From positions 256,001-320,000 of the forward strand of contig CAYPFW010000001.1 of assembly GCA_964410585.1 (NCBI GenBank): 64,000 nt of DNA, written 5' to 3'. The notes under the pieces are model-generated. The model searched no databases, was not told where the DNA came from, and saw only the letters and a list, made by a program, of their open reading frames with translations. The position numbers were made by a program, and so were the translations under genes. The DNA is from an uncultured archaeon. GTDB taxonomy: Archaea > Aenigmatarchaeota > Aenigmatarchaeia > QMZP01 > JACQNV01. This document shows positions 10,256 to 19,080 of this stretch, one piece after another; positions within the stretch are counted from its first letter, which is position 1; every line of letters starts with the position of its first letter.

Positions 10256-10725
10256 CCTCCTTTCCTTTCATCATATTTCCTCCTGATGTTTACCCATATA
10301 GGAACAGCAAAAAGCATAGTAAGTATTATCATCGGCACATAGAATACAGGCTCATTAAACCTGTTCAAAGAGAAAGGTATCAATATTAAAACAAGTGCAA
10401 TGTAAATGACTATCCACAATAATATTTCATATAGAGGGTTTCCTTTAAGTTTCTTTCTATTAGAAGAATACCTTCCTATAACCCCTGCTAAAAACAGGAA
10501 AACAATGGCCAGTAAGAACATTGAAACACTTGGATATTTGGATACATAATCATATATCCTGGGAGCTGATTTGTATATAATCCCCAATATAAGGATTATA
10601 AAAATTGCCAACATAAGGTTTGGTCTACGGGTTTTCCAACTTTTATACAAGGAAAATTTTCGCATTAAATTTCCCCGTTTTTTATAGAAAGAGGCCTCTT
10701 TTTTTGATAAACCTTTTTTTTTCAT
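10252..10725 (-). CDS. small 4-TM membrane protein
   Basis: Four hydrophobic segments and a basic N-terminus; coupled to neighbouring genes. Confidence 0.7.
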   Translation of the reverse strand: MKKKGLSKKEASFYKKRGNLMRKFSLYKSWKTRRPNLMLAIFIILILGIIYKSAPRIYDYVSKYPSVSMFLLAIVFLFLAGVIGRYSSNRKKLKGNPLYEILLWIVIYIALVLILIPFSLNRFNEPVFYVPMIILTMLFAVPIWVNIRRKYDERKGG

Positions 10726-10731
10726 ATAATC

Positions 10732-11784
10732 TCACACTATTGAAGTTTTCAAAAACTCCACAAGATCGGGTTGTATATAATTGTTTACTGTTACTGCTAT
10801 ATGCTCTTTCCAAATGTTTTCTTTTTTCACAAATTTTTTATGACCCAAATCAGAAGCAATTGAAAGAAAAAGAGAATTCACTTGCTCTTTTGTTGGTTTT
10901 TTTGTCCTTTTTATAAAATCCTTGACTTGAGAAGTTGCGTAGTGAGACCTTACTATATGTGGATAGAACTCTTTTCCACAATACTTTTTGAAGGCTTTTT
11001 TGAAATGAGACTCTTTCATCGGATGACCATTTTCGCCGACAAAAACAAAAGAGTCTCTGTTGAGCGGTTTTAGTAGGGAATTCAGCCTTTTAGCATAAAC
11101 TTCAGGAAATTGTTTTGTCGTTTTTATTGGGACCCCATCTTTCCCTATAAAATCAAAAGTGACATTGTTCCCATTTATTGAAATGTCTTTTTTCTTGAGA
11201 GTTGTCAAGCCTTTGTGACCATGTGCCTTATAGTAAATTTCATTTCCAACTCTTATGTGTGTTTGGAGGAGAGTATACATTGGCAAAGCAAATCTGTCTT
11301 TCTCATCTTTAAGTGCTTTTTCGACTCTTTTTTTCAACCTTGGATATTCCTTTTCAAACTCCTCAACTTTTTTGTATTTTTTGTCTTTGTTTGCTTTTCT
11401 TTTTTCTAAAGTGTATACATAGGAAAATGTACCGCCTTTGTTTTGATATAGGACATCCCAGTGATCGTGTGTTTGCTGATCGTGGATTGTCAAGTGAGGG
11501 GCAAAAAGGGAGAAAGCCTTGTCTAAAACACTTCCGTCAGGGAGTATGTTTATTCTAGCCCCTTGAGGAAGACCTTCTGGGGAAAGTTGGCCCTTTAGAA
11601 AGAAGGAATCTTTTTTGTCTACTAAATCCTTAAACCTGCCATTTTTTTGGAAGAGATGAATTACAATCATCGCTTCTGGGAGGGGTTTATTTGATCCTTT
11701 CCATCCTGTTAGTGTTTTTTCTACAACTGACATATCTTTCCTTATTCTGATTGTGCCAACTGGTATTGGTTTTTCTTTTTTCAT
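10732..11784 (-). CDS. DNA topoisomerase IB, short poxvirus/bacterial type
   Basis: Catalytic pentad contexts IRVGNE.Y...G..GLTTL (R), FDFIGKDG (K), HIVRSHYA (R), LGH (H) and NNYI (Y); 350 aa. Confidence 0.85.
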   Translation of the reverse strand: MKKEKPIPVGTIRIRKDMSVVEKTLTGWKGSNKPLPEAMIVIHLFQKNGRFKDLVDKKDSFFLKGQLSPEGLPQGARINILPDGSVLDKAFSLFAPHLTIHDQQTHDHWDVLYQNKGGTFSYVYTLEKRKANKDKKYKKVEEFEKEYPRLKKRVEKALKDEKDRFALPMYTLLQTHIRVGNEIYYKAHGHKGLTTLKKKDISINGNNVTFDFIGKDGVPIKTTKQFPEVYAKRLNSLLKPLNRDSFVFVGENGHPMKESHFKKAFKKYCGKEFYPHIVRSHYATSQVKDFIKRTKKPTKEQVNSLFLSIASDLGHKKFVKKENIWKEHIAVTVNNYIQPDLVEFLKTSIV

Positions 11785-11808
11785 CTAAAACCCTTCTTAC
11801 AATTGAGT

Positions 11809-11982
11809 TTAACAGTCAAATTTTTCACCACATTTTACGCATTCTATTTCTACTGGCCCTCTGCGTAAACCAAAAATATAATTAATTTCTTTTTTCTTTG
11901 CTCTCTTCTCCAATTCTTCATTTCGAAAGCACCCTGAATCTATTACTGGTATTTTACACTTTGGACAATTTTTGTTTTTCAT
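11809..11982 (-). CDS. 57-aa Zn-ribbon protein (absent from the ORF track)
   Basis: Manual translation MKNKNCPKCKIPVIDSG...IECVKCGEKFDC*; resembles the C-terminal half of the upstream gene and abuts its stop. Confidence 0.7.
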   Translation of the reverse strand: MKNKNCPKCKIPVIDSGCFRNEELEKRAKKKEINYIFGLRRGPVEIECVKCGEKFDC

Positions 11983-12321
11983 CTAAAACTCCTTTTCACA
12001 GCTTTTACAGTGCCATTTTGGGTAGTACTCTACAACTTTACAACCCCCAAATTCCACTTTTCCTTCTTTTTTTAGTAATTCGGCTTCTTTTGAAGGCAAA
12101 CCATATAGTATTGGAATCACATCAAAGGATTCGCACTTTGGACACTTTTCATGTGGCTCATAATAGCCTTCTTTTCCAACAGGTGTTCTAAACTCCTTAA
12201 AACACCTCCAACACATCCACCAATTGTAGTTATAAAAATCTTCTTTGAAAGTATTTTTTGGTACGTTGTCTGTTTTTACTTTATCTGTCTTTTTACATTC
12301 AGGGCAAGCCTCTTTTTTCAT
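11983..12321 (-). CDS. double Zn-ribbon protein
   Basis: Four CxxC pairs (CPEC, CWRC, CPKC, CKSC) and the motif ILYGLP...GGC. Confidence 0.75.
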   Translation of the reverse strand: MKKEACPECKKTDKVKTDNVPKNTFKEDFYNYNWWMCWRCFKEFRTPVGKEGYYEPHEKCPKCESFDVIPILYGLPSKEAELLKKEGKVEFGGCKVVEYYPKWHCKSCEKEF

Positions 12322-12629
12322 CAGACAAACTCGCCCTCCTTTATGCGTTTTTCCAATTGAGCCAAAACCTTTTCATATTCTTTTTCCAAGTCGACTTTGT
12401 AGTGTTCAGAAAGCATGTAAAAATCAAATAAAATATCACAAAGGGAATCGACTAAATCTGCTTTTTGGCGCCCTTTGTTTTTGAAGCCTTCTTTGACTAG
12501 AACTGCATTTGAGAGCTCGCCTACTTCTTCTGCGAGGTCAACAACCATTGCTTCTGGTGTCCATTTTCTAAGTCTCACCTTTTCAAACTGCTTCAAAAGT
12601 TCCTTTGTTTTTAGTTGCATTTTGTCCAT
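12321..12629 (-). CDS. MazG-like nucleotide pyrophosphohydrolase
   Basis: LAEEVGEL...L.D.L.D.L all-alpha NTP-PPase signature. Confidence 0.8.
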   Translation of the reverse strand: MDKMQLKTKELLKQFEKVRLRKWTPEAMVVDLAEEVGELSNAVLVKEGFKNKGRQKADLVDSLCDILFDFYMLSEHYKVDLEKEYEKVLAQLEKRIKEGEFV

Positions 12630-12632
12630 ATT

Positions 12633-12779
12633 TTAGTGGTTCCCCAACATCCCGTTTTGCTCCAAAAGATAAATATAAAAGATGTGTTCCTTAGCTAATC
12701 TTGATGTTTTTAGCCTGTATTTTTTGAGCTGTTTTTCGTCCAAAAAGTCCATTTCAGAATTCGATTGTAGTAAGAGCAT
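12633..12779 (-). CDS. possible small protein (48 aa)
   Basis: ATG at 12779 preceded by GGAGG; stop 3 nt before the MazG-like start. Confidence 0.4.
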   Translation of the reverse strand: MLLLQSNSEMDFLDEKQLKKYRLKTSRLAKEHIFYIYLLEQNGMLGNH

Positions 12780-12968
12780 AGTTTGCCTCCTTCCAATAGT
12801 CGATGGTGAATAAGGGTGATTCCCCAAAACACCCCTTTGCCCAGACAATATTCTATTATTCGAGGTAGTATATATAATTATTGGTTTTAGTTGGAGTGGA
12901 CAGATATTCTAGGAGTTTGAGATGAAAATTGGAAAAATAGTTTCAGAATTAATGGAGAGTGGAGGAAA

Positions 12969-13187
12969 TTAGACTAAAATATATCTTAAAGAACCCACTG
13001 TTATGTCTGTGGAACTTGTTGCACGGATTCTCACAGAACAGTTTGGATCATCGACATAGATTCCTATATCATCTCTAGACAATTTGCCAGTTGCTCCAAA
13101 GCGTAAAGAGTAATCGAAAATGCAAGCCTCTCTTCCTACAAACTGATCCAACTTATCAATAGATATTTGAATAGGGTTTGTGGTCAT
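12969..13187 (-). CDS. small hypothetical beta-rich protein
   Basis: 72-aa ORF with a GTGA SD-like element; shares GKL..D..G.YV with its neighbour. Confidence 0.55.
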   Translation of the reverse strand: MTTNPIQISIDKLDQFVGREACIFDYSLRFGATGKLSRDDIGIYVDDPNCSVRIRATSSTDITVGSLRYILV

Positions 13188-13219
13188 ATGTTTTCACTTT
13201 AACTTATTTTGGGGCTCGG

Positions 13220-13564
13220 TTAACTTGTTCCTGCTCTCAGTCCCCACATACCTTCGTTTATGATGTCCATTAATGCAAAACTAACCTTATATCTTCGCAT
13301 TGATGTTCGGCACGATGGATGACTCACAGGCAATTTTATTTCATCGGCTTCTCTGATTATTTTTCTACATTTACCATCTAGTGCCCCCTCAACATAATAG
13401 CCCCGCCTTTCATCATAGGCTAGCTTGCCAACATGTCTAGGGTTATCCACATAAACAATGGATTCTCCAAGATTTCTTTTTAAGCCCTCTGCTCCTATTC
13501 TCGCACGCATTTTTGGTTTGGAATCGTCTAATATGAAAGGTGTTACATGATATTCTTCTGGCAT
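13220..13564 (-). CDS. small hypothetical protein, probable paralog of 12969-13187
   Basis: 114-aa ORF preceded by a GGAGTGA SD; contains GKLAYDERRGYYVE. Confidence 0.6.
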   Translation of the reverse strand: MPEEYHVTPFILDDSKPKMRARIGAEGLKRNLGESIVYVDNPRHVGKLAYDERRGYYVEGALDGKCRKIIREADEIKLPVSHPSCRTSMRRYKVSFALMDIINEGMWGLRAGTS

Positions 13565-13601
13565 ATTTCACTCCAACTTTTACTTGTAGTAGATTGATTC
13601 C

Positions 13602-13931
13602 CTAAGAAGGCTGAGTTTCCTTTCCAGCTTTCTTTTTTTGCTTTTCTAAATTGTCCTCAAGTTGCTGGAATTTTTTCATGATTGCTTCGAGGTTGTGGGC
13701 GACGTCCCAACCATCGTCTGTAAGTCTCACTTTTTTGATCCTACCTGTTTTTTCGAACTCAACAAGACCCAATTTTTTCAAAGTATTGAGGATTTTTATT
13801 GTATGAGAATAGGTGCAGTCTGCTTCTTTTGAAAGAATTGTCGCGTAAATGGCTTCTTCTTTTCGCGTTTTTAGGCCTAAGAAAATCTTCGCCGGCTTTT
13901 CTCTCAAAAACAATTCGTCCAATAATGTCAT
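13602..13931 (-). CDS. conserved archaeal winged-helix DNA-binding protein
   Basis: KP..I...L...YATILSKEADCTYSH..KIL..L...GLV.FEK.GRIK.V.LT wHTH pattern; GGAGG SD. Confidence 0.8.
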   Translation of the reverse strand: MTLLDELFLREKPAKIFLGLKTRKEEAIYATILSKEADCTYSHTIKILNTLKKLGLVEFEKTGRIKKVRLTDDGWDVAHNLEAIMKKFQQLEDNLEKQKKKAGKETQPS

Positions 13932-13980
13932 TTTGAGCCTCCCTATCTCGATTAAGAATTTACTTGTAGTAGAGTGTCAA

Positions 13981-14566
13981 CTCTCACTTTCTGTAAAACT
14001 ATTGGTTCGTTGGTTTAAATACTTTATTGTATGTTTCTTGATAGGTACTTTCTATTATATGTTTTTAATTATATTTGTTTATTTAGTCATATTAGATAAT
14101 AGCTTATCTATTATATTTTTTATAATATATTTGTTTTAATATATATTCTTTAGAATATAATAATTTTAAAATTTTTGAAAGTGAGGGTTCTATGTGTATA
14201 TAACAGTGTTATATATATGACCAATAGGTTTGGGGTGAAAAGTGAGAGTAAAAGGGAGAGTAAATTTGAGCATTTCAAATGACAAAAAGTAGCACCGATA
14301 ATCCCCACGATAAAAGTGAGTATATTTTTCAAAGGTGAGAGTTAAAACAAATAAAGACGATCTAGATACTAAACAAAACCAACAATATATATGAAAGGGA
14401 ATATTAGTTTGAAGTGAGAATTGTATTTAAACTTGATCGCAAAACTAGAATGTCGGTTTTTAAGGTCTTGAAAGTATACAGAGGAAAAGTGGAGTTTAGC
14501 AAAAATAGTTAGGAAATTGAACCAGTATACAATAAATGTACATAGATTCCCTCCCTAAAGTGAGGG
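13981..14566. promoter_or_regulatory. AT-rich non-coding region with AAAGTGAG repeats (candidate origin or operator array)
   Basis: Inverted copy at 13981; direct copies or variants at 14177, 14238, 14250, 14312, 14331, 14411, 14485 and 14557; very AT-rich core at about 14050-14175. Confidence 0.5.
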
Positions 14567-14646
14567 AACAGTTAGTATGCACTCATCCTTAATGCGATAC
14601 AAAAATTAAAATCAACAAATACCTATTATTAAAAACAAATAATAGT

Positions 14647-15810
14647 ATGCAAAGCCACCAAATTTTTCTCTTGCACCAATTAAGACATCTTAAAAACGAA
14701 CTAAGCGAAATCTATCTCAATCAAATAATAAGAAAGATAGCTATATCTCTTATAGGCATATTTGTCCCTGTATATCTATTCTCTCTTGGTTTTCCAATTC
14801 AGGTTTCGTTGATTTTCATGTTTTTTGAATATCTTGGAATAGGTCTTTTTTCACCACTCGCAGGATATCTATCATCGAAATTTGGTATAAAGCATGTCAT
14901 AGGCGCAAGCAGCTTACTTTACCTAATATATTTCTATGGGCTCGCATTGGTTGATGTGTCCACATCACTTTATTCAATTTATGGTCTCTCACTATTTTTT
15001 GGTTTCGCAAATAGTCTTTATTGGATAGGCATTCACAGCGATTTTGTTAAACATTCAAACAAGCTTCATGAAGGGTCTGATAGCGGAAAGCTAATAGGTC
15101 TACCTGAAATTGCAGGTGTGATAGCCCCCTTCATAGGTGGGTTTGTTTTAGCGTACCTAGGCTATTTATCCCTTTCGGTAATAGTTATTTTTTTAACTAT
15201 ACTTTCAATAGTTCCACTGTTTTTTACGCCAGATTCCAAAAAACCATTCAAAATGAAAATAAGCAATTTAAAAATTTTTGCTGAAAAGAGTTTATGTCCC
15301 ACATACTTTCTCTGGGGAGCTGCACATGTTTTTCTAGCTGTTTTTTGGCCACTATTCATTTTTTTCTCAATAAGAGACTTCACTCAGTTAGGTATAACAA
15401 CAACAATAGCAGGTGCAGGCTCTGCTTTCCTAATACTTTTTATTGGAAATTTATCTGATAGATACAATAGATCAAAAATTATAAAGATGGGCGCTCTTCT
15501 ATCTGCTTTAGTTTGGTTCCATAGAATTTTTATAACAAATGTATACGAAATTGCTATAAGTTCCTTTTTAACAGGCTTACTTTTTATTTTGATAAATGTG
15601 CCCCTATATGCCAATTTTTGTGATTTTTCAAAGAAGGGTAACATTGTAGGGGGAGTTATTTTTAGAGAACTATGGTTCACGATAGGCAGACTTTTGGTTC
15701 TAAGCGTTCTGCTTATATTTTCCCTTTTTTCACCCGAAGCTTTTTTTGATATGGGGTTTGTTTTTGCAGGCATTCTTTCTCTCATGTTTTTAGCCTTTAG
15801 AACAAAGTAA
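14647..15810 (+). CDS. MFS transporter
   Basis: About 12 TM helices; motif A-like GYLSSKFGIK and GNLSDRYNRSK. Confidence 0.85.
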   Translation: MQSHQIFLLHQLRHLKNELSEIYLNQIIRKIAISLIGIFVPVYLFSLGFPIQVSLIFMFFEYLGIGLFSPLAGYLSSKFGIKHVIGASSLLYLIYFYGLALVDVSTSLYSIYGLSLFFGFANSLYWIGIHSDFVKHSNKLHEGSDSGKLIGLPEIAGVIAPFIGGFVLAYLGYLSLSVIVIFLTILSIVPLFFTPDSKKPFKMKISNLKIFAEKSLCPTYFLWGAAHVFLAVFWPLFIFFSIRDFTQLGITTTIAGAGSAFLILFIGNLSDRYNRSKIIKMGALLSALVWFHRIFITNVYEIAISSFLTGLLFILINVPLYANFCDFSKKGNIVGGVIFRELWFTIGRLLVLSVLLIFSLFSPEAFFDMGFVFAGILSLMFLAFRTK

Positions 15811-15856
15811 AACAAGGGAAACTTTTATATTCGAAATTAGCCTCTTCTTTTCATTA

Positions 15857-15985
15857 GCTATCCTTTTCTTTAGAAAAGAAAAGTATACCGTACACAAAAG
15901 AAACTAATATACACTTGAATTAATCTGTTTCAATACTAGTTTTGTTTGGTATACTTACTATCTTTTTCTAAAGAGAAGGGGGAAA
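15857..15985. repeat. two inverted copies of intergenic repeat module B
   Basis: tatccttttctttagaaaagaaaagtataccgtacacaaaa (reverse copy) and ttttgtttggtatac...ctttttctaaagagaagggg (forward copy); similar to copies at about 60975 and 44300. Confidence 0.55.
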
Positions 15986-15986
15986 T

Positions 15987-17738
15987 ATGTGCGGAATTGT
16001 CGGCTATTGGTCAAAAAATGAAAGCAATGTAGGCAATATCCTTTTAAACAGCCTAAAGAATCTAGAATATAGGGGGTATGATTCTTGGGGAATTGTTGTT
16101 TTGGGTAATAAACTAAACCTAATAAAAAAAGTAGGCAAAATAGGACAAATTGAAAACCTGAATTTCAAAGGCAAAATAGGTATAGGTCATACTCGATGGG
16201 CCACACATGGGGGTGTTTCTGAGAAAAACTCTCACCCGCATTCAGATTGCACAGAAAACATATTTGTTGCACACAATGGAATAGTTGAAAATTTTCAAGA
16301 ATTAAAAGCAAAACTAGTGGAAAAGGGTCATGCATTCAAATCAGAAACAGATACAGAAGTTATCCCACACTTAATTGAGGAGTATAGCAAAAAATCAGAC
16401 TTCAAGGAAGCTGTTTTGAAGACACTAAAGGACCTAAAAGGCTCATATGCTTTGGTCATTTTGAACAAAAACCTAAATCAGCTTGTTGCGGCAAAAAAAG
16501 ACTCCCCGCTTGTCTTAGGTGTTGGAAAACACGAATACTTTATTGCATCCGACGTACCTGCTTTTTTAGAACATACAAAAAAAGTTGTTTATTTGGAAGA
16601 TGGGGATGTTGTTTTTTTAGACGAAGCTTATCATATAGAAAACTTAAAAAAGGGGGAAATAAAAAGGCCGATAGAAACAATAAGTTGGTCGATTGAACAG
16701 GCCCAAAAAGGAAACTATCCACACTTTATGCTAAAGGAAATAACAGAACAGAAAAACACAATAAAAAGAGCTATTGAGCAAGACTCCTTGGTTTTTGAAA
16801 GAGCTGTAAAGTCGATAAAAGACGCATACGGAGTCTTTTTTGTTGGATGTGGAACAAGCTATCATGCATGTATATCTGCATCATATATTTTTTCAAAAGT
16901 TTCCAAAAAACACGTTAATGTCGTCCTAGCATCTGAATTTAGAAACTATGAACATTTTTTAACAGATAAAACTTTAGTTGTTTGCGTTTCCCAATCCGGA
17001 GAAACAGCAGATGTTTTAGATGCAATAAAATTTGCCAAAAAACATGGATGCAAAACTCTGTCTATTTGTAATGTTGTCGGCTCGACACTAACACGCTTAT
17101 CTGATCTTAGTATAATGATGAATTCAGGACCTGAAATTTGCGTGCTATCTACAAAAAGTTATACAAGTCAATTGACTATTTTGCTTTTGCTTTCATACGC
17201 AATTTCAGGAAAAATTGAAGAGGGAAAGAAGCTAATTGAAAAAACATCAAAAGAAGCTTCAGGATTAATAGATTATTCTATAAAAAACCTGAAACAACTT
17301 GCTGAAAAAATAAAATCAGCACATGATATTTTTTTGATTGGAAGAGACTTAGCCTTCCCTTCTGCCTTGGAAGGTGCTTTAAAAATAAAAGAAGTCAGCT
17401 ATATTCATGCAGAAGGCTTTGCTGGAGGCGAATTAAAGCACGGTACAATAGCCTTAATTGATAAAGGCGTTCCATGTATTGTTTTGGTTACAAAAGATAC
17501 AAAAGATTTGATACTCAGCAATGCAATGGAAATCAAATCAAGGGGTGGCTATATTATCGGAATAGGAGAAGATAATAATAGCATTTTTGATTATCATATA
17601 CCAGTTTCCTCTTTAGGCGATTCTGATCCAATTGCTATGATTATACCAATCCAAATTCTTGCATATTACTTAGCTGTTTCAAGAGGATGTGATCCTGATA
17701 AACCAAGAAATTTGGCCAAAAGCGTCACCGTGAGATAA
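15987..17738 (+). CDS. glmS: glutamine--fructose-6-phosphate aminotransferase
   Basis: MCGIVG N-terminus, GHTRWATHG, SQSGETAD and C-terminal PRNLAKSVTV. Confidence 0.97.
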   Translation: MCGIVGYWSKNESNVGNILLNSLKNLEYRGYDSWGIVVLGNKLNLIKKVGKIGQIENLNFKGKIGIGHTRWATHGGVSEKNSHPHSDCTENIFVAHNGIVENFQELKAKLVEKGHAFKSETDTEVIPHLIEEYSKKSDFKEAVLKTLKDLKGSYALVILNKNLNQLVAAKKDSPLVLGVGKHEYFIASDVPAFLEHTKKVVYLEDGDVVFLDEAYHIENLKKGEIKRPIETISWSIEQAQKGNYPHFMLKEITEQKNTIKRAIEQDSLVFERAVKSIKDAYGVFFVGCGTSYHACISASYIFSKVSKKHVNVVLASEFRNYEHFLTDKTLVVCVSQSGETADVLDAIKFAKKHGCKTLSICNVVGSTLTRLSDLSIMMNSGPEICVLSTKSYTSQLTILLLLSYAISGKIEEGKKLIEKTSKEASGLIDYSIKNLKQLAEKIKSAHDIFLIGRDLAFPSALEGALKIKEVSYIHAEGFAGGELKHGTIALIDKGVPCIVLVTKDTKDLILSNAMEIKSRGGYIIGIGEDNNSIFDYHIPVSSLGDSDPIAMIIPIQILAYYLAVSRGCDPDKPRNLAKSVTVR

Positions 17739-17739
17739 T

Positions 17740-18393
17740 ATGATAGAAGCTGTTATTTTCGACATGGATGGAGTGATTGCTAATTCTGAACCAATACACG
17801 ATAAAGCCTCAGATATTGTTTTGAAAAGATATGGAATAAAACTTGACAAAAGCATGGACAGTAAAATCAATGATGAGTTTAGAGGTTGCACAGAAGAGTT
17901 TTTCTGGAAAACATTTTGTAAAAGATTTAGGCTTAAACAAAATTATAAAAAGCTGATGAAAGAAAAACAGATAGTATATTTAGAACTTATCAAAGAACAT
18001 TTAGAACCAATCCCTGGTTCTGTTGAATTAATAAAAAATTTGAAAACAAAATACAAGATTGGACTCGCGTCTAGTTCTTCGTCCAAAGAAATAGGTTTTA
18101 TACTCAAAAAACTCAAAATAAAAAAATATTTTGATGTAATTACTTCTGGTGAATTTGTGAAAAATTCAAAGCCGGCTCCTGACATTTATCTAGAAACAGC
18201 CAGAAAACTTGGAATAAAACCAGAAAATTGTCTAGTTTTCGAAGATGCTGTTAACGGTGTGAAAGCAGCAAAAGCAGCTGGAATGAAATGCATAGCAATA
18301 ACAACTTCTTTTGGCAAAAAAGACTTAAAAGGGACTGACTTAATAATTGATAGTTTTGAAGGGTTTAATTTGGAAATTATTGATAAATTATGA
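17740..18393 (+). CDS. HAD-IA hydrolase (beta-phosphoglucomutase-like)
   Basis: FDMDGVI, KPAPDIY and FEDAVNGVKAAKAAGM. Confidence 0.9.
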   Translation: MIEAVIFDMDGVIANSEPIHDKASDIVLKRYGIKLDKSMDSKINDEFRGCTEEFFWKTFCKRFRLKQNYKKLMKEKQIVYLELIKEHLEPIPGSVELIKNLKTKYKIGLASSSSSKEIGFILKKLKIKKYFDVITSGEFVKNSKPAPDIYLETARKLGIKPENCLVFEDAVNGVKAAKAAGMKCIAITTSFGKKDLKGTDLIIDSFEGFNLEIIDKL

Positions 18394-19079
18394 CAGAAAA
18401 AGTTGTTGCAATAACAGGCGCATACAAAGGTTTAGGCGCAGAGCTTTCAGAATTGTTAGCTAAAAAAGGATACAAACTGATTATTGGCGGAAGGGACAAA
18501 AAAGGATTAAAAAGCTTTTCAGAAAAAATTGGAAAACTGACTCCAGTCGAGCCTATTGTTGTTGACGTGAGAAACAAAAAGCAGTGTGAAGAGTTTGTTC
18601 AAGCTGCTGTAAAAAAATTTGGAAGATTGGATATTTTGATAAACAATGCTGGATTTTTGGGAAAGAAAATAGATTTTGAAAATATAGAGGAAAACGAATT
18701 GAGGGAAACATTTGAAACAAATTTTTTCGGCGCTTTCTTTTGCTCTCAAGAAGCTGTTAGGCTAATGAAAAAACAAAACAGTGGACTTATTTTGAATATT
18801 GGGTCAACTGCTTCTGTGGATTACACAACAAACAATATTGGATATGCGGCTTCAAAATCTGCGCTTATTGGGCTTACTACATGTTTGAGAAATGATCTAT
18901 CAGAAACTGAAATTCAGGTAAAAGTATTTCATCCAGGTGGAATGAAAACCGATTTGTTTAGAAAACATCAACCAGAAAGAAAAACAAAAGATTTTATGGA
19001 TACAAAATATGTTGCAGAAAAAATATTTGAGTTTATGGAAACAGACGAGTGGTCTTCTGCTTTAAGGAGAAAAGAATAG
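18390..19079 (+). CDS. short-chain dehydrogenase/reductase
   Basis: TGAYKGLG, INNAG and catalytic YAASK. Confidence 0.92.
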   Translation: MTEKVVAITGAYKGLGAELSELLAKKGYKLIIGGRDKKGLKSFSEKIGKLTPVEPIVVDVRNKKQCEEFVQAAVKKFGRLDILINNAGFLGKKIDFENIEENELRETFETNFFGAFFCSQEAVRLMKKQNSGLILNIGSTASVDYTTNNIGYAASKSALIGLTTCLRNDLSETEIQVKVFHPGGMKTDLFRKHQPERKTKDFMDTKYVAEKIFEFMETDEWSSALRRKE

Positions 19080-19080
19080 T

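Noticed and set aside
10732-11784. Integrase marking a provirus, or Topo IB as mobiliser of the CCTT-containing repeats
   Set aside because: The motifs fit Topo IB rather than an integrase, there are no att sites or virion genes, and no repeat copies flank the gene.
14150-14332. 60-aa hydrophobic ORF and 13849-14139 ORF in the AT-rich gap
   Set aside because: Low-complexity products of AT-rich repeat DNA with weak start codons.
15811-15986. glmS ribozyme upstream of glmS
   Set aside because: The conserved AGCGCC core and pseudoknot are absent; the region is explained by two module B repeats.
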